Shown piece by piece: positions 57,601-64,000 of a stretch of DNA of 64,000 bases. The notes below the pieces were generated by a model. The model was not told the DNA's origin and searched no databases. It worked only from the letters and a program-made list of their open reading frames with translations. The translations under genes and the position numbers were made by a program. Positions within the stretch are counted from its first letter, which is position 1; every line of letters begins with the position of its first letter. Source of the DNA: Candidatus Cloacimonadales bacterium (lineage in GTDB: Bacteria > Cloacimonadota > Cloacimonadia > Cloacimonadales > JAFGVF01); NCBI GenBank assembly GCA_963667035.1, contig OY762964.1, forward strand, positions 2,368,001 through 2,432,000, in the 5' to 3' direction.

Positions 57601-59921
57601 GTCACATTACTATCTAAACCAGAGTAATCTATAGAAAGTGAACTACCTACATCTTGATTGCTATAAATGTTTGTTGGAGGATTATCTGTTCCGAATGAAA
57701 CATAATAACCTGTAGCTCCCTGAGACAAAGCCCAAGTTAATGAACCGCTAAAAAGAACACCTGTCGCTTCATCTAATGGAGCAAGACAAGTTGTAGCAGC
57801 CGGAGGAACAGAGTTATCATAGATTGCCAGATCATCAATACAGATGTCGCCATAGAAACTTGTTGATTCCATTGCTCTGAAGTCAAATGAAACTGTTTGA
57901 TTAAGATAACCCATAAGAGGAAGTTCAAGATATGTCCAATCGGAAGCTCCGTCAGAATCAGTGATTACAGCAAAACTATGAATTTGATCATCTGATGTGA
58001 TAACATCAATGCAAAGCTCTGATTCATTATCAGTATCTCCTATCCAGTATTTAAAAGCAAATATTGGATTAACTAAACCGTTCAGATTAACCGGCGGAGT
58101 ATAGAGATGAGCTGGTACCGTTTCAGGAGTGGAGTCATCAACTCCCATATAATAACCACCATTCCCGGTAGCATCAAAGTCTGCACCATGGTCATTCAAT
58201 TCAGTTTGATAATGCTCCCAACTGTCTCCTGAAACAACCGGATCAATAGTCCAAGTTATAGGAAGAGTGTCTTCATCAAATGATTGTGTATAAGGGAATG
58301 AAGCAATTACATTATCATATCCATTCCCGGTAAGCTCTATCTGATAAGTATTACTTTGACTGTCTGTAATTATTATTGTGCTGTTAAGGTCTCCTTCTTC
58401 ATGAGGATTAAAAACAACATCAAGTGTTGTTCTTTCAGCTAAACCAAGTACTAATGGATAGCTATTTTCATCAAAAAGGCTAAAATTAGTATTGTCATCA
58501 TCTACTACTGATTGAATAGTAATTGGAGAACCACCAATACTTTGCAATGTTACAGTTAATGTATCTGACCTTTCTCCTAGATAAACAATACCAAAATCAT
58601 AGTTATGAGGTGTATAAGTGATTTCCGGTCCACCTGTTATATCACCGAATCCAAGTTTAGTATTTGGGATATATGATCTCAATGTACCGCTGGCTGGTGT
58701 AGCAGGATCGGGATTGTTTGAATCACTTCTTACATATATACTTCTGTCCTCAGAAACAGCTGTAACATAGAATTCATCGTTACTTGTTGCAAACTCAGGT
58801 TCATTCTCTTCAACTGCGATAACCAAGTTATCTACATTATTGTAGATAAAGGGAGTGTTTAAGGTAAATTCAATCCAACCATCATCTTGTATAGTAGGCA
58901 GAGGTCCGCTATAAACTTCTGTAAACTGCGTTATAGGCAACCATGATGTATTTGCTTCATATGAAGTCTCACTTGTGTGAGCCATATAAATAACCCACTC
59001 ATTGTTGTTAGGCAAATCGGAGTTCTGATTATAATGATATGAAACAGTTTCAATTCTCCGACCTTCAACGTTGATTTCAGATTGTAAATAGATAGACTGA
59101 GAATAAGAATAACCAAAATAAGGATCAATTGGAAGAGCTTGGTTAACCTCAGAGCCATTTCCTATTAATACGATATCTTCTCCTAAATTAGTTACGAAAT
59201 TCATATCATTGATGCTAACTTCGGTACTGATGGAGTTACGACATACGACACGCCAAAAATAGGTTGTGTTAACAAGTAAATCTTCGCTAGGAGTATAAGA
59301 AGCACTAACTCCAGCTATTTCATTAAAAACCACTTGGTTAACAGGAGGATTAACAACATCCAGATAGACGTCATAAGTTTCTGTGTTTGTACCAAAATCC
59401 CATGATAAAGTAGGCATCAATGCAACTTGAATTTCACCTATTGTAGGATTTACATTTGTAACTTGAGATGGGGCATTTTCATCTATGATGTTACCTGTTT
59501 GATCTGCTGAGACATTAAGAGTATAAGTTGTACCATTAGTTGTATCTCTATACTCATCAATACAAATATACACTGTGTCACCGGCACTCATATTAATTAT
59601 AACTCGAGATTCACTTGTACCTGCAGGTCCATCATCGTTACTTGCAACTAAAGTTGAATCCGGAGAATAAACATATAAGTAACCATCCCATCCGTTATAG
59701 ACAGAATTAATTGTTAAATTTGTCAACTCCTGAGTGGTTGATATCATCCACCATTCATCGTTACCTCTCAAATTGTTATAATTAGTGTCATTAGATACAT
59801 CTCCTGTATCCGTGAATGGTAACACTTCAATTTGAGGAGCATCAAAGGGGGTATCAGTTCCATCTGCGAAGAGACTCATAGCGATAAATAAAGCTATAAG
59901 AATCAATATCATTTTTCTCAT
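54624..59921 (-). CDS. Giant acidic adhesin-like CTD protein (PPC-like, FN3-like, choice-of-anchor D, MAM, nidogen-like, cleaved adhesin, FlgD-Ig)
   Basis: ATG 59921 after AAGGAG; signal peptide; repeated YYWQV.PYN..GDATDCPVWSFT; NDDWLITPQ cleaved-adhesin motif; CTD NYPNPFNPET...GVYFYKM...KKMMLMK. Confidence 0.85.
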   Translation of the reverse strand: MRKMILILIALFIAMSLFADGTDTPFDAPQIEVLPFTDTGDVSNDTNYNNLRGNDEWWMISTTQELTNLTINSVYNGWDGYLYVYSPDSTLVASNDDGPAGTSESRVIINMSAGDTVYICIDEYRDTTNGTTYTLNVSADQTGNIIDENAPSQVTNVNPTIGEIQVALMPTLSWDFGTNTETYDVYLDVVNPPVNQVVFNEIAGVSASYTPSEDLLVNTTYFWRVVCRNSISTEVSINDMNFVTNLGEDIVLIGNGSEVNQALPIDPYFGYSYSQSIYLQSEINVEGRRIETVSYHYNQNSDLPNNNEWVIYMAHTSETSYEANTSWLPITQFTEVYSGPLPTIQDDGWIEFTLNTPFIYNNVDNLVIAVEENEPEFATSNDEFYVTAVSEDRSIYVRSDSNNPDPATPASGTLRSYIPNTKLGFGDITGGPEITYTPHNYDFGIVYLGERSDTLTVTLQSIGGSPITIQSVVDDDNTNFSLFDENSYPLVLGLAERTTLDVVFNPHEEGDLNSTIIITDSQSNTYQIELTGNGYDNVIASFPYTQSFDEDTLPITWTIDPVVSGDSWEHYQTELNDHGADFDATGNGGYYMGVDDSTPETVPAHLYTPPVNLNGLVNPIFAFKYWIGDTDNESELCIDVITSDDQIHSFAVITDSDGASDWTYLELPLMGYLNQTVSFDFRAMESTSFYGDICIDDLAIYDNSVPPAATTCLAPLDEATGVLFSGSLTWALSQGATGYYVSFGTDNPPTNIYSNQDVGSSLSIDYSGLDSNVTYYWQVIPYNVIGDATDCPVWSFTTFGEVPNPALIDEPTDGITGVSVTPTLSWTDGGNYPEGYKLSLGTDNPPTDILNAEDLGNITTYDVTTALIYETTYYWQVVPYNFVGDATDCPVWSFTVVSNPNFGGNGTLFDGYYYANSTDLGAGLGAQPVFQWVDISENSQTVTYSSADDGNTTVDLGFTFNYFGVDYDQVNLVTNGYVNFGATTSTTGGSMSIPDSGNPNNVIAMMAMDLHTTAVPSNCYYGNDEMGNFVYTVEMWNDYNDESEYIDAQLILYPTGKIKIQYRNYVNPNGDTGSDSILGDAVIGIENADGTVGIQYRKDGVGGEFEENMAVVFARSVSDLSDGGSGLYLPGNIEFDVVSVDENSDLFELNMRNFTTEDLIVANAPTLSGDDVDQYTLTDENTYPLTIPSTGVAAISIQFNPTSVGHKNVVLTIEDNATEEERNIYEIPIHGYGFVADNNDTSNHATEFSLFSDDVEGLEAIIHPDTDVDWYVFWQTAPAQIEMHTQNIFNSDVDLAAFLYGPYDDLGANIDETSSIIFSDNDYTDGVNPQFTYDIPSEASGFYYLRVARADNSPATERTANVRDGRGDYALWLSTDNHVGPGVLLPPTELSHSITYQGIELIWLAPVLDSRALVGYNIYRDDVVVNAETVSGTFYLDTDVVVGTTYEYKVTALYNAPTGESVPCDSIVVTHIQVDAPIIAEGFEEYEDFTTDMGLWVNLDNDGEDTFGFNNGIDFPGENDPMAYIVFNPASSTPPIQGANAFTGDKYAACFAADSNANDDWLITPQIQLSEEDANLQFMARSYTTQFGSELVEVAVSNGSTDPDDFTVISGDEPIQLPSEWTLYSYQLDDYVGDIIRVAIHTVSEQTFFAMFDDIMVVNNGATVDANDQVVIPEVTALRGNYPNPFNPETNISFDVKSNSDVAIDIYNIKGQKVTRLIEKNFNAGRHTVVWKGQDDAGKNVASGVYFYKMTSGDYTQTKKMMLMK

Positions 59922-60448
59922 AATGATCTCCTTGTATGTATGTATGTAAAATTTTGAAAGCTTGATCATAGAAATTAAGACTGTAAATCGCATTCACTAT
60001 ATATTTTTTAAGAGGATAATACTAATGCATTATCCTCTTATTATGTACTACAATCTCTCTGTGGGGAAGCTTAACAAATTGGGTGCATAAATTGTTTACT
60101 ATGAGTAAACATAGTTTACAAACAAGACCTCAATCTCAAGCGGATCTCCCTAACTATCATCAATTCGATCTACCAAAATCAAACTGCACCTATTTTAATA
60201 TACAATAATCATTCCAAATCGCAGACTCAATTACTGTTTCTGAATAATTGTAATTAGCCACTTACGTTAACTACTATGATTTATAAAATGTTAGCTATTA
60301 CTATAATTTACTCTTGATTGTCTATTAAATACGGTTAAATCATAAATCGTGTAGTTCATTTCATATTGTTCTATAGCTATGTACATAGAAGTCGAATAGT
60401 TTTAAAAGCTCTTTCAAGGCTACATATAAGTGCTAATTACATAATATC

Positions 60449-60476
60449 TTGACAAATAATCAGATAACCTTAAGGT
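60449..60476 (+). promoter_or_regulatory. Putative sigma70 promoter
   Basis: TTGACA-N16-TAAGGT upstream of the GGAGG RBS of 60507. Confidence 0.45.
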
Positions 60477-60506
60477 TAGTATAACAAAACTTACGGAGGC
60501 CTTTCT

Positions 60507-62024
60507 ATGTTTAAGAACTATTTTATCATTGTTTTGTTAACACTTGCCCTTGCAGTTAATGCTATTGAAGAATTGCAATTAATAGGGACTATTAACTACC
60601 CAGTTACCGAATCACAAGAAGCATCATTTGCCGAATGGCGATTAATTAAGGGAGTTTATCCTGCTTCCGATATCAATAATGACGGATATTCGGATTTTGT
60701 ATATCCGTTAATTGATGGATATTCTTATGAGTTGGGTATCTGGTACGGAGGACAGACAATTAATCCCAATCCCGACTTAACTCTTCAAGTACAACAAAAC
60801 ATACCAATCAACACCGATATTGGCTATTCCAGTGATCTGAATAATGACGGATATGTCGATTTAATTAGGAACACAGCCTTACCGTTACATTCTTCGGTTT
60901 CATTGTACCATGGACCGTTCTTTGATGATTTGACTATCGACCATACTCATTCTTTCTCAGCGTCGGAAAGATACGATTTATATCAACCCGGAGATATTAA
61001 TGGGGATGGGGTTGACGACCTGATAGCTTATTATGATTATACTTATGATAGCTTGGGACATGTTTGGATTATGTTTGGAAATAGCTCTGAGAATTATACA
61101 ACAGACATGGATATTTATGGCTTTATTGATTATGAAGACTACCACAATTGTTACCATGTCGGCAAAAATGTTTTTTCCGGAGATGTTAATGGAGATGGTG
61201 TAAACGACTTGTTTTACTCCAAACTCACTAATAACATTACTGAGTATAAACTTCTTCCGGGAGGAAACACCCTTGGTTCCGTAACCCTAGATTTTGATTC
61301 ATCTATTTGGCAGTGTTCTGCGAATGGTGATTTCAACGGAGATGGCTGTAACGATGTTATAGCAATCGATATGGTTGGAGATTTAAGAATATATTACGGA
61401 GCTTCAGACTTTAGCTTCACAAGCGATTCAATCAGATTGAATAGTAACGAAACAAGGTCGCAAAACATCAGAGCTTTTTATTCCGACATTAATACTGATG
61501 GTCTAGATGACATATTGATTCTTGATACTCATAATCGTAATATAGAAATCTATCTAGGTGGAGCTCAACTGAACTCTACTCCTGATTATATTATACCAAC
61601 AGTCGAGAACTCAGAGTACTTTACATCAATAGGTATAAATGCCGGAGACATGAATGGAGACGGTTTTAACGATGTATTAGTTAACCGTGGTGGAGATAAT
61701 ACGACTCTTTATCTTTATTCGCTTATTCCAGTATCTAATGATGATCAAGTAGCCGTTAATAAACAAAGCATATCAAGTTATCCCAATCCGTTTAGACAAT
61801 CAACAACTATAGAAGCTAAAGGGATGCGTGGAAACCTGACTGATGTTATAATCTATAACATTAGAGGGGAAGTCGTAAGAAGTATTAAATCCAATGGCTC
61901 TGAAAAGATAGACTGGGATGGTAAGAACAATCATGAGGTTGAATTACCTTCAGGAATATACTTCTACAAAGCTATCTCAAAAGGAGATAAGTCATCCTTT
62001 AAGAAAATGTTGAAGCTTAAATAG
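60507..62024 (+). CDS. FG-GAP (integrin-alpha-like) repeat protein with CTD
   Basis: Seven D(I/L/V/F/M)NxDGxxD Ca-binding repeats; SYPNPF...GIYFYK...KKMLKLK. Confidence 0.88.
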   Translation: MFKNYFIIVLLTLALAVNAIEELQLIGTINYPVTESQEASFAEWRLIKGVYPASDINNDGYSDFVYPLIDGYSYELGIWYGGQTINPNPDLTLQVQQNIPINTDIGYSSDLNNDGYVDLIRNTALPLHSSVSLYHGPFFDDLTIDHTHSFSASERYDLYQPGDINGDGVDDLIAYYDYTYDSLGHVWIMFGNSSENYTTDMDIYGFIDYEDYHNCYHVGKNVFSGDVNGDGVNDLFYSKLTNNITEYKLLPGGNTLGSVTLDFDSSIWQCSANGDFNGDGCNDVIAIDMVGDLRIYYGASDFSFTSDSIRLNSNETRSQNIRAFYSDINTDGLDDILILDTHNRNIEIYLGGAQLNSTPDYIIPTVENSEYFTSIGINAGDMNGDGFNDVLVNRGGDNTTLYLYSLIPVSNDDQVAVNKQSISSYPNPFRQSTTIEAKGMRGNLTDVIIYNIRGEVVRSIKSNGSEKIDWDGKNNHEVELPSGIYFYKAISKGDKSSFKKMLKLK

Positions 62025-62050
62025 TATTGTATTTAAAAAAAACTATATTC

Positions 62051-62075
62051 AACCCCACTTCATTAGTGGGGTTTT
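62051..62075 (+). terminator. Intrinsic terminator
   Basis: AACCCCACT-TCATT-AGTGGGGTT-TT. Confidence 0.75.
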
Positions 62076-62433
62076 CTATTCCAAATAAATAAACCAAGTA
62101 ACAAAGCCAACACCTAATATTAATCTATCACATACCAAATCAAGCCCCATATCCGCAATACCTCATCAGGGATTAATTAGGCAACCTAAACACTTGTAGC
62201 CAAGTATGTTATAGATATAGCTTAACTCATCAAACGGAGGATATCGTGAAAAAGACTGTATGTATTTGGGTTATTCTATTCGATATCAACATTCTGGATG
62301 GACTTGACTAACAAAGTTCCTCTGTTACAATACATAATTCAGAGATCCCGGCATGTGGAAACAAAGGAATAAATTATTCATCAGGTACATTAAAAGAAGT
62401 GCTTTGATTCATAGGAATAGACATACCAATCGT

Positions 62434-63318
62434 CTACTCTTTCCCAAGCCACTTCTTCAGGATATTGGTTTTCTTCTCACCGAAGATTTCAGGACGTTTG
62501 AAGATGTCCATTGAGCCTTTAACAATGCTTTTGGTTGTTTCGATTATTGTCTTGGTTCCGGGAAAGAGATCACGGTCTTTTTCTATGTAAATCAATTTAC
62601 AATAGTTTTCGGTAATCAGGGCAACTCGAGTCAACAAAACCGCATTAACAAAGCCATCGGTAAGAGAAGTTGAAACAACATTTACGAACGGTATACTTTT
62701 AATTGTATCCGATCCGAGTTTTGTCATTAACTCATTTACGGCATATTCTACTCCTTCCGAACCTCCAATTGCTACAGAAAGGTAAACCTTTCTCAGAATC
62801 ACAAAAAGATAGCGATTGCTCACTCTACCGTTAAAGGTAGAGAATATATCCTTTATCATGTTCACAGAGGCGGAAAGTATCAAAATAGCATCGAGAAAGC
62901 CATTCTGCGAAACACCTGTGCTAATAAACAACTGTGAGACATATCGCTTTCTGATATCATTCAATTGAGGTTGGAGTTTGCCGAGTAGGTATTTATACTC
63001 TATTTCCGAGTTCTCTTGCTCCTCTAATTCAATCCCGCGAGCAGTTAACAATAGCCTTAAATGCTTATTCCGTTTCAGCATGCTCTTTTCGATACCGGTT
63101 ATGCTAGCAACCGGAGAAAACACCGCTCTATAGGCAAACATCCGTATCATAGGTAGTATAACGAACCAAACAATTACAAATGCAAGAATACCGAGCATGG
63201 CGTAGGCAAAATACTCATTTATGTTCAAGAGCGATGCATAAAGCATTATCGCTTCTTTAACTATCAGATAAACAAAGAATAGAGAGACAATCCAAAGGAT
63301 ACGTTTTAATGTCTTCAT
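62434..63318 (-). CDS. YcjF/DUF697-like membrane protein
   Basis: ATG 63318 after GAGGTG; two N-terminal TMs; TGVSQNGFLDA and DGFVNAVL..RV motifs. Confidence 0.7.
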   Translation of the reverse strand: MKTLKRILWIVSLFFVYLIVKEAIMLYASLLNINEYFAYAMLGILAFVIVWFVILPMIRMFAYRAVFSPVASITGIEKSMLKRNKHLRLLLTARGIELEEQENSEIEYKYLLGKLQPQLNDIRKRYVSQLFISTGVSQNGFLDAILILSASVNMIKDIFSTFNGRVSNRYLFVILRKVYLSVAIGGSEGVEYAVNELMTKLGSDTIKSIPFVNVVSTSLTDGFVNAVLLTRVALITENYCKLIYIEKDRDLFPGTKTIIETTKSIVKGSMDIFKRPEIFGEKKTNILKKWLGKE

Positions 63319-63458
63319 AGTCACCTCAATGCGAAGATAGTCTATGCTAAAGTTTAAGGCAAGTAAAAATGATTTTAAGATAAACATCCTGATTTCCACA
63401 TCTGTTTTTAAAAGTTAACCGCTCAAAAACTACTCACTCTATCAAAACAGAATTTTCC

Positions 63459-63555
63459 CACTGTTTTCCCACTGTGCAAGCACTGTGAACCCGGTGTTTC
63501 AGTGCGTGGATAGTGCATTCACAGTGCCTGTACAGTGCAAAATCAGTGCGTTGGT
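63459..63555. repeat. 97-bp phased palindromic element, copy 2
   Basis: Ungapped alignment with 29986..30082, same orientation, 15 mismatches of 97 by hand count. Confidence 0.9.
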
Positions 63556-63757
63556 TGTAATTACAAATCAGGTAAAGTATAAAGGCATGTTTATTGCATA
63601 ACTCATTGCAAATCGCACTGATTACATTAATAAATAGCGATAAACTCTATTTCATTTGTTAAGAGTTAACTTCATGAAAAAGCTGATTAGTTGACATAAT
63701 ATTGTGACTGAATAATGATGATTGGTTCTCTTAACGAGGCTAAAGGAAATAAGGAAA

Positions 63758-64000
63758 ATGAATAAGAAAATACTGTTTTTACTCCTTGTCGTTTCATTCT
63801 TATGCGGACTATCGGGAATTAGTTTGAGTGATTTAAGCTATGGAACTGACTCTACACTCGATATTATGACATGGAATATTGAATGGTTCCCCAAGAACGG
63901 AACAGCAACTATGGATTCGGTAGCAACAATAATCGAAGCACTTAATATGGATATTTATGCAATCCAGGAAGTAAGTGATACGACGGCAGTTAAGCAAATG
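63758..64000 (+). CDS. Secreted endonuclease/exonuclease/phosphatase-family protein, partial
   Basis: Not in ORF track. MNKKILFLLL... signal peptide; LDIMTWNIEWFPK and DIYAIQEV EEP motifs; open to window end. Confidence 0.85.
   Translation, partial: MNKKILFLLLVVSFLCGLSGISLSDLSYGTDSTLDIMTWNIEWFPKNGTATMDSVATIIEALNMDIYAIQEVSDTTAVKQM

Noticed and set aside
60009..60040. Intrinsic terminator or attenuator at the 12-bp inverted repeat
   Set aside because: No U-tract follows on the minus strand (it is followed by As); function unresolved.
60082..60190. Cobalamin or lysine riboswitch
   Set aside because: Begins AGGUGC but lacks the B12 box and the lysine-riboswitch conserved motifs; kept only as an unknown structure.

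Overview
AT-rich bacterial chromosome segment. The many secreted proteins ending in a FlgD-Ig/T9SS-type C-terminal tail (NYPNPFNP...G(V/I)YFY...KM.L.K), together with a porU-porV-like pair, point to an FCB-superphylum anaerobe, probably Cloacimonadota (inference). The window opens with two giant minus-strand cohesin-containing surface proteins; one also has a dockerin, and the other (1..3996, runs off the window) is missing from the ORF track. A long plus-strand run follows: proS, pncC/cinA, purD, C25 (PorU-like), PorV-like, lipoprotein, SLBB and Wzc, ispE, prs, rplY, pth, rpsF, ssb, rpsR, DUF2232, rplI, an orphan membrane protein, DUF721, rpe, ffh, short pyk, thiamine-binding protein, rimO, PPIase, M6 protease, queH, ogt, recG and DUF2089/DUF4097. 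A more accessory-looking block comes next: a frameshifted metallopeptidase, a nuclease-DinG helicase, M14 peptidase-queF, a RloA/RloB (AbiL-like) pair, an ECF sigma/anti-sigma operon, and more CTD cargo. The most unusual signals are (1) two ~85% identical 97-bp intergenic palindromes built from 11-bp-phased CACTG/CAGTG units, plus a third 11-bp-phased element of different sequence; (2) a non-cellulosomal cohesin-dockerin pair; (3) a PorU-PorV-SLBB-Wzc cluster; (4) a candidate four-way-junction RNA upstream of the largest cargo gene; and (5) a soluble DUF2723/TMEM260-like protein in the ECF operon. I found no tRNA, rRNA, CRISPR array or transposase. All family assignments come from motif recognition by eye, not database searches.
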